From a virus (lineage: Duplodnaviria > Caudoviricetes): a DNA stretch of 35,020 bases. Under the pieces are notes generated by a model that ran no database searches, was not told the origin of the DNA, and saw nothing but the letters and a program-made list of their open reading frames with translations. The translations under genes were made by a program, and so were the position numbers. Position 1 is the stretch's first letter; each line of letters starts with the position of its first letter. Below, piece after piece: positions 18,240 through 25,797 of the stretch. The stretch spans positions 1 to 35,020 of IMG/VR virus record IMGVR_UViG_3300015370_000032. One strand, 5' to 3'.

Positions 18240-18989
18240 TCATTCATCCGGTGGCATGTTCTCGGCAAGCTCAACCTCGATATCCATTGCCGAGGCATAC
18301 TGATTGAACCAGTCATCCCTTGCTGTCAACAGCAGCTCGATCAGCATGCTCGCCTTGGCCGGATCGCCGCCGACCACGGAAATAAATTCCTGCACCCGGC
18401 TGTAAACCATGTGGTTGTAACCGGCATCCAGGGCAACGGCGCGGCCGGCCAGCTCCTGCTCGACTTCCGCCCGGAGCAGGTACTTGCCGCGCTCGACATC
18501 GAACTTGAAGTTTTCCCGCTTCTGCTGGACCCTGATCCGCTCGATCTCTTCTTCGAGCTTGATCCGCTGCAGGTCGTCCTGGTCTTCCCTGTCCTTCTTG
18601 CCGGTTTCCGCACGAGGTACCCAATCCTTGGCATACTTGAGCACGGCGCGCCGGGTATAAAGCCCCTGGGCATTTCTGACCAGCTTTCCCTGCTTGACGT
18701 GCTGATAAAACTGAGTCTTCTCCAGATTCCAGCCGTTGTCCTGCAGGTAACGCAGAACAGCGGCACCGTTCTTGGTGTCCTGGAACTGCGCTTCCGGTTC
18801 CTGATCGGCCGCTTTTTCCTTGGCCAGGTGTTTCTCGATCATGTTGGTTGCCCGTTCCATGGCCACCAAATTGGTCGCGGAGGGATCCTGCAAGGCCCGT
18901 TGCTTGGCCTCCTCCTTGGCGGATATCAGGACCGACAAATCCGTTTTTCCGGACTCCGAAAGGATGCTATCCAGTTCGTTGCGATCCAT
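18240..18989 (-). CDS. Probable terminase small subunit (Nu1-like)
   Basis: wHTH-like KTQFYQHVKQGKL...GLY followed by coiled coil ending ERGKYLLRAEVEQE; start overlaps the DUF488 stop. Confidence 0.62.
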   Translation of the reverse strand: MDRNELDSILSESGKTDLSVLISAKEEAKQRALQDPSATNLVAMERATNMIEKHLAKEKAADQEPEAQFQDTKNGAAVLRYLQDNGWNLEKTQFYQHVKQGKLVRNAQGLYTRRAVLKYAKDWVPRAETGKKDREDQDDLQRIKLEEEIERIRVQQKRENFKFDVERGKYLLRAEVEQELAGRAVALDAGYNHMVYSRVQEFISVVGGDPAKASMLIELLLTARDDWFNQYASAMDIEVELAENMPPDE

Positions 18990-19336
18990 TACCTGCCAAG
19001 CTCCCACTCCGGCAATTCGATGCCTAGAACCTCTCTCACGTGCGCCGCCAGCTCCCCGCGATGGCATTCATCTCGGTTTTTTTCGTAGCAGCAAAATATG
19101 GGGTTCGGAACCTTCCCCTCGATATAGGCAAGCACTTCCGCCAGCCTGTCCGGAGTCGGGAAGCGGTCCCGCAAATCCCGCCTGTATTGCTCCCGCCAGT
19201 CTTCCGCCCAGGGATTAGACGGGGCAAGCTCTACAACCCACAGCCCTCCCTTGCTGAAAAACCGCGGACGCTTGAGAGATATGCACACCTTTCGTTCCGC
19301 CGGCGCCTTGCTTGCAAAATAGGATGTCTGGATCAT
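18989..19336 (-). CDS. DUF488 family protein
   Basis: IQTSYF, ELAPS, FCCYEK..ECHR motifs. Confidence 0.8.
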   Translation of the reverse strand: MIQTSYFASKAPAERKVCISLKRPRFFSKGGLWVVELAPSNPWAEDWREQYRRDLRDRFPTPDRLAEVLAYIEGKVPNPIFCCYEKNRDECHRGELAAHVREVLGIELPEWELGR

Positions 19337-19364
19337 TGCTTTTTCCTCTGCTCTTTTCTATAGT
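19336..19364 (+). promoter_or_regulatory. Sigma70-like promoter P1 for antisense sRNA-1
   Basis: TTGCTT(19336-41)-17 bp-TATAGT(19359-64); predicted start falls at the base of the first hairpin. Confidence 0.6.
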
Positions 19365-19371
19365 CCACATC

Positions 19372-19515
19372 GTGCAATATCCCTCCCTTTTAGGGGTATT
19401 GTGCAGGCCCTGCCCCGTTGGCGCGGGGCGGGGCCACTTTCCGGCTCTATAAGCCGGGGCCTCAACTCGGAAGCCAGGACTCTCGGAAACTCCTTGAGTC
19501 CTGGCTTTTTCTTCT
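19372..19515 (+). ncRNA. Putative structured antisense small RNA 1 (about 145 nt)
   Basis: Four consecutive hairpins (19372-404, 19406-435, 19441-457, 19471-507) whose non-Watson-Crick positions form G-U pairs on the + strand; last hairpin followed by a T-tract. Confidence 0.6.
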
Positions 19516-19522
19516 TTATAGT
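19494..19522 (+). promoter_or_regulatory. Sigma70-like promoter P2 for antisense sRNA-2
   Basis: TTGAGT(19494-99)-17 bp-TATAGT(19517-22), nested in the sRNA-1 terminator. Confidence 0.6.
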
Positions 19523-19528
19523 GTCCGC

Positions 19529-19600
19529 AGAACCTTCCCCTTTAAGGGGGAGCGGTTCTTCTCTTCGGCCCCTCCTGTTGCAGCGGGAGGGGTTTTTCTT
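19529..19600 (+). ncRNA. Putative antisense small RNA 2 (about 70 nt)
   Basis: Hairpin 19529-559, linker, terminator hairpin 19569-592 + TTTTT; 14-nt complement to the RBS of the large ParB gene. Confidence 0.62.
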
Positions 19601-19610
19601 CGCCTTCCGG

Positions 19611-21305
19611 TCATGCTCCTAGAATCTCCGAGGGCACCCGGCCAACCAGATTGACGCCGGACTCCAGGAAGACCCTTTTCAGCTCTCCTTTCTTACATTT
19701 TCCGTAGGCTCCTTCCGGCTTGCCGATTGTTTCAGTGAGGAATTTCACCGCCTGTTCCTCTGCGAAGATCCCCAGGGACTCGCCCATGGCCATCATTTCA
19801 GCTACGGTTTTCTTGTCGAGATACTCTTCGGTGATCGCCCACTCCTGGGCCATGTCGATGCCAAGATGCTCCGCCGCCCGCCAACGTCCGGCACAGGTCA
19901 CCTTGTCTTTTTGCAGAAAGGTTTCCAGGGCGGCGGCCACCAGCTCTTCCTCAAGCTCCTGGCCGCTCATGGTGGCCAGCTTGACCATGATCTCTTCGTC
20001 CGAAAGCCTGGTCCAGGTATCAATCTCCTTTTCCCCTGCCATTTTGTGGCGTTGAACAAACCACGGCTGCAGATCCCGGTTGGAAACGAGCTGGGCAAAG
20101 AGGATCAGCCGCCGACGGCTCGCTGAATCGACCCCACCGGCCTGTATTTTGGCGGGCAAGGCCTCCCGGAAGAAAAGATCGCGGAAGTGCTCTCCGTGCC
20201 ATGCCACCCTGGGGCCAGCCGCCTTGGCCGCTGCAGTCTTTTCCACGCTCTTGCCTTCACTCCAGGCTTCGGTGGTGGTTTTCTTGAAACAGGCCTTGTC
20301 GCCCATGCAGACCTTGGGCCGGTCCACCTTGCCGGTGAGCGACACCAGGGAAAAGAAGGACTCGCAGGATTTGCATGGTTTCGGCGTCTTCTGCCAGCTG
20401 CCGATCTCCTCGTAATCATTCCACTGAAAATCCGATGAAAAACGGAAGCCGTTGGTGGGCAGTTTGTGCTTTGCCCGGAAATCATTCCAGTTGTCCTTGA
20501 GCCAGTTGTTCTGTTTCTGCTTGAAGCATTTCGGATTGTTGCACTGAATGGCATCAGAGGCGGAGCCGAACAGGCTCTTCTGGACATCCGAGTTCTGGAA
20601 GCAGGTGGCGCACCCGGCTTTGTCGACATCGAAAAAAGCCGACTTCAACTCCGGAGATTCACTGTCGATCTTGCGGGCCAGATCCCGCACCGCCACATGC
20701 CGGAACCTGGATTGTTCTTCCATCCATTCAAACAGTATTTTTACCTGCTTTTTGTCACCAACCCGGGTGAGTTGTTCCAGGTGGCCATATTTCAGGCTGC
20801 CCTGTGCCCAGGCCTCAAGAACCTCTTTCGGAAGCTCCAGTATCTTGACGCGGCGGCGGATATAGGCAGGGTTGATACCGATCCTCTCGGCCAGAATCGG
20901 GACCGCTTCGTCGCCCATCCGGTCGATATATAATTTGAAGCTGTTTGCCTCCTCCAGCTCTGTGATGTCGTTGCGCTGGAGGTTCTCGATGGTCATAATC
21001 TCAAAGGCTTCGTTGTCGTCCAGATCGCGCACCATGGCCGGGATGGCATGCTTGGACAGACCCCCGTTTTCCTTGGCAAGGTCGCAACTGACACGCCAAC
21101 GGCGCTCTCCGAAGACTATCTCGTACTTCTTGTCCGGGAGCTGTCGGACCATAATGGGCTGGAGCACTCCTTTTTCACGGACCGAGGCAAGCAGGTCCTC
21201 ATAAGCCTTTCCGGTAAAGTTCTTTCTTGGGTTCAGTGGGTTGGCAATGATCTTGTTCAGCTTGATCTGTTCGATTGTCTGTTGTTGCGCGGTGTTGGTG
21301 GTCAT
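19611..21305 (-). CDS. Large ParB/RepB/Spo0J-family protein (PRTRC-ParB-like)
   Basis: NPRK, GVLQPI.VR, GERRWR, ENLQR, HTH; Cys cluster CATCFQNS...CNNPKCF; 564 aa. Confidence 0.9.
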   Translation of the reverse strand: MTTNTAQQQTIEQIKLNKIIANPLNPRKNFTGKAYEDLLASVREKGVLQPIMVRQLPDKKYEIVFGERRWRVSCDLAKENGGLSKHAIPAMVRDLDDNEAFEIMTIENLQRNDITELEEANSFKLYIDRMGDEAVPILAERIGINPAYIRRRVKILELPKEVLEAWAQGSLKYGHLEQLTRVGDKKQVKILFEWMEEQSRFRHVAVRDLARKIDSESPELKSAFFDVDKAGCATCFQNSDVQKSLFGSASDAIQCNNPKCFKQKQNNWLKDNWNDFRAKHKLPTNGFRFSSDFQWNDYEEIGSWQKTPKPCKSCESFFSLVSLTGKVDRPKVCMGDKACFKKTTTEAWSEGKSVEKTAAAKAAGPRVAWHGEHFRDLFFREALPAKIQAGGVDSASRRRLILFAQLVSNRDLQPWFVQRHKMAGEKEIDTWTRLSDEEIMVKLATMSGQELEEELVAAALETFLQKDKVTCAGRWRAAEHLGIDMAQEWAITEEYLDKKTVAEMMAMGESLGIFAEEQAVKFLTETIGKPEGAYGKCKKGELKRVFLESGVNLVGRVPSEILGA

Positions 21306-21335
21306 GGTGGTTCTCCTCTTCGTTTTCTGTCGTTT

Positions 21336-21614
21336 TTATTGGACGCTTGTTGCAGCAAGCTGGTTCAGATCGAGGCCGCAAGTTGCCGCCTCGATCATGG
21401 CTCTCATTTCGTTTGATTTGTAGCTGGCCAGGGCAGACGCTTTATCGTCGAAGATGCGGCCAGCTCCTCTCCAGACTCTGTGTGAGGCGTTTTTGCAGCA
21501 CACCTGTATGGTTCCGTCTCGGTGGACCGAGACAAAGGCCTCCTTGTTTCCGGCTTTCAGGGTGAAATATTTCACGTTGTTGCCTTCGCTCTGTTCCAAG
21601 ATCATGATATCCAT
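21336..21614 (-). CDS. Hypothetical protein (92 aa)
   Basis: SD GAGGGG before ATG 21614; fills the gap between DUF6908 and ParB. Confidence 0.75.
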   Translation of the reverse strand: MDIMILEQSEGNNVKYFTLKAGNKEAFVSVHRDGTIQVCCKNASHRVWRGAGRIFDDKASALASYKSNEMRAMIEAATCGLDLNQLAATSVQ

Positions 21615-21624
21615 GGCGAGCCCC

Positions 21625-22029
21625 TCAAATTCCCTGCTGATAACGGATATTCTCCATCCACATGCCGGTAAATGCCGCAATATCCCGCTGCTGCCGAGGG
21701 TTGAAACGGACAGCCTTGCCCTCATCATCGCAGGTGACCGCTTTACGACAGACCCCGATGTAATCCTGGATAATGCTCTCCGGGTAATAGTTGCCTTGCT
21801 CGTCGCGGATAAAGACAATTTCCGGATCCCGCATCAGGTCGCCGTTCTGCTCTCCGTAATGTGCGACGCTGATCAGCTCGCAACTCTGCTTTCCGACGAC
21901 GATGGACCCGACCCTTTCGACAACAACCGGCATAAACGTGTCGTTGTTGCTTAGTTTGAGGTAGTTTTCCGTCATCATGGACCGCATTTTGTCGAGTACC
22001 TTTGTTGCTTTTTTGTTCACTTTTTTCAT
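21625..22029 (-). CDS. DUF6908/DUF1249-like protein
   Basis: FMPVVVE, SVAHYGEQNGDLMRDPEIVF, W..NI..Q motifs; SD GGAGG. Confidence 0.82.
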   Translation of the reverse strand: MKKVNKKATKVLDKMRSMMTENYLKLSNNDTFMPVVVERVGSIVVGKQSCELISVAHYGEQNGDLMRDPEIVFIRDEQGNYYPESIIQDYIGVCRKAVTCDDEGKAVRFNPRQQRDIAAFTGMWMENIRYQQGI

Positions 22030-22076
22030 TTCCGTGTCCTCCGTTTTGGTAAAAAGTAATGTTATTCCATATACTT

Positions 22077-22105
22077 ATGATACCAAACGGGCCACGGAAG
22101 TACAC
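22077..22105 (-). promoter_or_regulatory. Putative promoter of the DUF6908-hypothetical-ParB cassette
   Basis: GTGTAC-17 bp-TATCAT with extended -10 TGn and an upstream A-tract. Confidence 0.45.
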
Positions 22106-22115
22106 TTTTATTTGC

Positions 22116-23456
22116 TTATTTCCTCGTTTTTTTTGTCCATATTTCAAGCACTTGCGCGATATTGTGCGCCCCGGCCTCTGCACAGTAGTTGAGCAGGAAA
22201 CCGCCCTCCGCCTCTTTGCGTTTATGGAGCGTAAAGATGCCGCGATACTTCATGCTCACCGGGTGCTTGGCAAAGGCGCTGGTGGTGATCCAGCCAAAGT
22301 CCTCTATGTAACGCAGGTCAAGGATCTCCTTGATCTCTTTGGAGAGCAGACAGAGCAACACCAGTTTTGCCAGCCGCTTTTCAACGCTGGGCACTGCCAG
22401 GTCGGACATCAGGTAGATCATGGGCCTGTCATCCGGCAGCTTCCACTGGTGCGAGGACGGGCAGAAATCCGCCTTGCCGATTACGTGGCCGTCGAGCAGG
22501 AAGGCCAGGGAGACGCCGACGCCGCCGGTGAAATAGTCGATCCGCGAAGAGAGGAACAACTCATTCATTCGGATAGATTGACCAAAGGTGATTTTTGCAA
22601 AGGAGAGCTGTTCTTTTCCGGTCACTTCCCGGTCGGCAGGCCAGATAGGGCCGATGGCTTCACTTTTGACTACTTTGCGACCCACGATCCGGCGGCGATC
22701 GCTTTTAGCGATGATGTGGGAAAAACTGTTCCGGCCGCGCGGCAGAATGGCGGACGGCTGGCCAAGGATTGCATGCACATCCGGGAGGTCTTTTTCCAGG
22801 ACCACAAAATATGAGGTAAAGCGGGAAATTTCCTCGTACAGTTCCATGCTTTTGTCGGTCATTTCCTTGTAGGCAGGTTGTTCCCAGGCGATTGAGGCGC
22901 GCAACAGCTTTTCCAGGCGCTCATAGCCTGCCCGGTAAGTCGGGGGGAAAGCGAACACCGTATGCTCCGAGGATTTCTCGGCCAGAAGCTCAAAGCCGTC
23001 TTTGGCCTGGTAGTCGATGGGGCCTATATGCTTCTTGTATATCTGTAGCTTCTCTCTGGTGGTGGCGAGCAGGGTTTCCCATTCCAGCCGATACTGGCGC
23101 ATGACCTTTTCTTGATATGGGTTCTTTATCTGCCACACTTCCCGCAGATCGTAGAGCAGGGCGATGGAGGCCACGACATCCACGGGCGAGTCGAGACGGA
23201 GCATCCCTTGCAACTGTTCCGGGCACTCCGGGTTTTCGCTGACATCAAAAGGGCTGTCCGCCAGAAATGCGCCAAGAGCCGAGGTGTAAAGGGAAACATC
23301 ACAAGCCGTTATGGGCCCGGTATATCCTCCGGAACGCAGGGCCGAAGCAACGGTGAAGTTTCCGGCGCCGATCAGCAGCACCGGGTGCTCAATTTCTTTT
23401 GCGTATTGCGCCAGGGTCTGCCGGACAGAGGCGGCGACTGCTCCGATAAATGACAT
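22116..23456 (-). CDS. Putative anti-restriction adenine methyltransferase fused to a GNAT-like C-terminal domain
   Basis: SAM motif LLIGAGNF, catalytic-like FPPTY; C-terminal LMSDLAV..KRLAKLV...SMKYRG; start ATG 23456 just after the ParB-N stop. Confidence 0.72.
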   Translation of the reverse strand: MSFIGAVAASVRQTLAQYAKEIEHPVLLIGAGNFTVASALRSGGYTGPITACDVSLYTSALGAFLADSPFDVSENPECPEQLQGMLRLDSPVDVVASIALLYDLREVWQIKNPYQEKVMRQYRLEWETLLATTREKLQIYKKHIGPIDYQAKDGFELLAEKSSEHTVFAFPPTYRAGYERLEKLLRASIAWEQPAYKEMTDKSMELYEEISRFTSYFVVLEKDLPDVHAILGQPSAILPRGRNSFSHIIAKSDRRRIVGRKVVKSEAIGPIWPADREVTGKEQLSFAKITFGQSIRMNELFLSSRIDYFTGGVGVSLAFLLDGHVIGKADFCPSSHQWKLPDDRPMIYLMSDLAVPSVEKRLAKLVLLCLLSKEIKEILDLRYIEDFGWITTSAFAKHPVSMKYRGIFTLHKRKEAEGGFLLNYCAEAGAHNIAQVLEIWTKKTRK

Positions 23457-23457
23457 C

Positions 23458-24198
23458 TCAGACCACCTCTTCCAGCTTTTCCAGCAGGCGCAGCATGGCC
23501 AGACTGCCGTTCTTGATATTGTCCTTCTTCTTGACCGCGAGCAGTTTTTTGAAAAAGGCGTCAAACTGATCGGCCTGGGCAAGATAGACGTTATCTGAGG
23601 GGATCCGCCCGAGTTCGTCCATAATCTCTGCGACAGCCCCGAATTCCATTTCGGTGAAGGCGAAAGTCACCTGCCTGGTGCGCGGCTGCGGGGTGCTGAA
23701 ATTAAGCAGCTTTACATTCTGCAGCTCACCGATTGTTTCGCTGGAAAGCCCGGCGTAGCATTTTGCTTTGATGTCATCGATGCGGGCCCAGAGTCCGGCA
23801 AGAATCTGCTGGTCATCTTCACCGACCAGGGAGTTATGGGAGAGCTGGATAGAAATTTTTTGGCTCAATTCTATTGCTTCGATGATCACGATTACCATGA
23901 TCCATTGGATTCCGGCCTCGACAGAGGCTTTTACCCTGTGATTTCCGGAGAGCACTTCCAGCCGGTTGCTGTCATCCATCGGATAACAGAGAGGGACACT
24001 GGAAAGCCGCTGATCCTGCCGGAGGTTGGCCACCAGCTGCTTGAAGGTTTCCTTTTTGAAATAACGGGCATTTTCTTTGAGAATAACCAGGGATGCCGGA
24101 TCAACAATGCGGAGTTCTGCGGAATCTCCAAAGAGAAGGCGGCTGGTTTCCTTGAGGGCTTCGTTTTGACGCGCAATATCTTCTGGCTGCATGATCAT
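23458..24198 (-). CDS. ParB N-terminal (Srx/ParB) domain protein
   Basis: NARY, SSVPL, VLSGNHRV.A, QLSHNSLVG.DD motifs. Confidence 0.85.
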   Translation of the reverse strand: MIMQPEDIARQNEALKETSRLLFGDSAELRIVDPASLVILKENARYFKKETFKQLVANLRQDQRLSSVPLCYPMDDSNRLEVLSGNHRVKASVEAGIQWIMVIVIIEAIELSQKISIQLSHNSLVGEDDQQILAGLWARIDDIKAKCYAGLSSETIGELQNVKLLNFSTPQPRTRQVTFAFTEMEFGAVAEIMDELGRIPSDNVYLAQADQFDAFFKKLLAVKKKDNIKNGSLAMLRLLEKLEEVV

Positions 24199-25670
24199 CC
24201 TCCCTGGATAAGATTACCGGCATGAATCTCTTTGGCCGGGTGGTAATGGATTGCCTTGCCGACCGCTTCCGACTTGAACACCAGATCCGATATTCTGGCA
24301 GCGGCGGCAAGGTTTGCAGAGCGCCAGGCCGGTGTCCACTTGATACGCACTTCGCAGGGGTCCTGGCTCTTGATCACCCGAACCGGAGTATTTGCCAGCA
24401 ACCCGGCGAGCTCGGCAAGATCATCACCGGACGCTGGGGCCGCAACCACCGTTTCCTTTTTTTCAACTTCATCCGAGGCCGTGATCGCTTCCACCGCAAC
24501 CGCCTCAACATCCGCCGCCCCCTCCACCAAACCAGAAGAAAGAGACTGTCCGGGACGGTCCGGAGTGCCGGAACCGATCTGGAAAACCGGAGGCAGGCCG
24601 GCCTTGATCCAGGCGCGGAGATCCACCCCGGCCTTGAATGCCTCGCCCGGGTCTTTGCCCACCGGCACCGGCCAGCGCAGATGCCGGTCGAAGGTGGCGG
24701 ACCATTTTGCAAGGGCCCGCTGCAGGGCCGGGGTTTTCGGGTCGTCCGCATCGAGGGCATCGATGATGGCCAGGGATCCGAAGAGGAGCGCGTAGGCCTC
24801 GGCGTCCAGGTTTCCCTCAAGTGTTTCGATGGACACGGCGCCAACCAGATCCGCAGCGGCCGCGAAGATGGCCACGGCGTCGAGCTCCGCCTCGACCACG
24901 GCGAAGGCCCGGGCAGACTCTCCCAGGATCATGGTGGTTCCGGCTGAACCTGGTATCCGGTAGTATTTGAGGTTTTCACAGTTCTTTGCCCGCTCGTAAT
25001 CAGGGCGGCGAATTCGGATCCGGTGAAGTACGCCGCCGCGGTAAACCGGGATGACCAGGCCGGAAGGCAGCCAGAGACGCTTAGCCTTGCCGGTTTGTCC
25101 GTGCAGCTCGGTGGGCAGGCCCCAACTCTCCCTGGCCCGGTAAGTGTCCGTCGGATTCCATCCGAGCCTGCAGTCTATGGCAGCTTCCTGGGTGATGCCC
25201 CTTGAAGCGAGATAGTCGAGCTGCTCCTGATTGGCCAGCAGCTGCTCGTGGCACCAGGACACGAACTTCTCGGCATGCTCGATCCACACCGGTGATGGTG
25301 AGGTGGTGGGGTGGATGGTGATCTTGCGAGACTGCTCCAGGACAGGCCTGGGTGCGGATGAACGCCCGGGGACCGAGGCCTTGGCCTGGGTCTTCGGCTC
25401 GATCCCGAGATAGGAGCATGCCTCGATGTAGCCAAGGCCCTGAAAATCGCGCAGCCACTGGATGGCGTCTCCGCCCCGACCGCACTTGCGGCAACTGAAG
25501 GTGCCGACATTGCCCTGCAGCGGCCACACCCGCATCCGGTCGGTGTTTTCCTCAAGAGAAACGCAGTCCGGACCATTGCCTGGACATTTGCCCTGGTACT
25601 CTCCACCGTTTTTCCCGCCGGCGCGAAATCCTGAAAAGCCAGGAAAATTAAAGAATTGCATCATACTCAT
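24195..25670 (-). CDS. Phage primase (zinc-binding + TOPRIM)
   Basis: GEYQGKCP...DR.RVWP...CRKC..GDAI; VVEAELDA, ALDAD, GKDPGE motifs. Confidence 0.88.
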   Translation of the reverse strand: MSMMQFFNFPGFSGFRAGGKNGGEYQGKCPGNGPDCVSLEENTDRMRVWPLQGNVGTFSCRKCGRGGDAIQWLRDFQGLGYIEACSYLGIEPKTQAKASVPGRSSAPRPVLEQSRKITIHPTTSPSPVWIEHAEKFVSWCHEQLLANQEQLDYLASRGITQEAAIDCRLGWNPTDTYRARESWGLPTELHGQTGKAKRLWLPSGLVIPVYRGGVLHRIRIRRPDYERAKNCENLKYYRIPGSAGTTMILGESARAFAVVEAELDAVAIFAAAADLVGAVSIETLEGNLDAEAYALLFGSLAIIDALDADDPKTPALQRALAKWSATFDRHLRWPVPVGKDPGEAFKAGVDLRAWIKAGLPPVFQIGSGTPDRPGQSLSSGLVEGAADVEAVAVEAITASDEVEKKETVVAAPASGDDLAELAGLLANTPVRVIKSQDPCEVRIKWTPAWRSANLAAAARISDLVFKSEAVGKAIHYHPAKEIHAGNLIQGG

Positions 25671-25692
25671 CTTCTTCTCTCTTCTTCTTTTC

Positions 25693-25797
25693 TGGATAGT
25701 TGGACAGTTGGAGGGTTATATAATACGTGCGCGCGTAAACATTCCCCCGTATGAATTATTTCTGTAGATATGCACTGTCCAACTATCCAACTATCCA
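25693..25797. repeat. Putative replication origin: two inverted arrays of 8-bp iterons
   Basis: TGGATAGT-TGGACAGT-TGGAGGGT (25693-716) and ACTGTCCA-ACTATCCA-ACTATCCA (25774-797) flank a core containing AT-rich runs. Confidence 0.7.

Noticed and set aside
19372-19600. CRISPR mini-array, riboswitch or ribozyme
   Set aside because: Hairpins are not identical repeats with spacers, and I recognise no riboswitch or hammerhead core; an Rfam search is still needed.
19401-19654. + strand ORFs of 73 and 78 aa across the hairpin region
   Set aside because: They run through two terminators and look like translated hairpins; the non-coding interpretation fits better.
19611-24198. ParABS partition system (plasmid-prophage)
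   Set aside because: No ParA ATPase or parS palindrome seen, and the element is integrated via int/att.
25671-25690. Primase leader as a second sRNA-2 target (TTCTTCTCT match)
   Set aside because: Only 9 nt of low-complexity sequence; easily chance.
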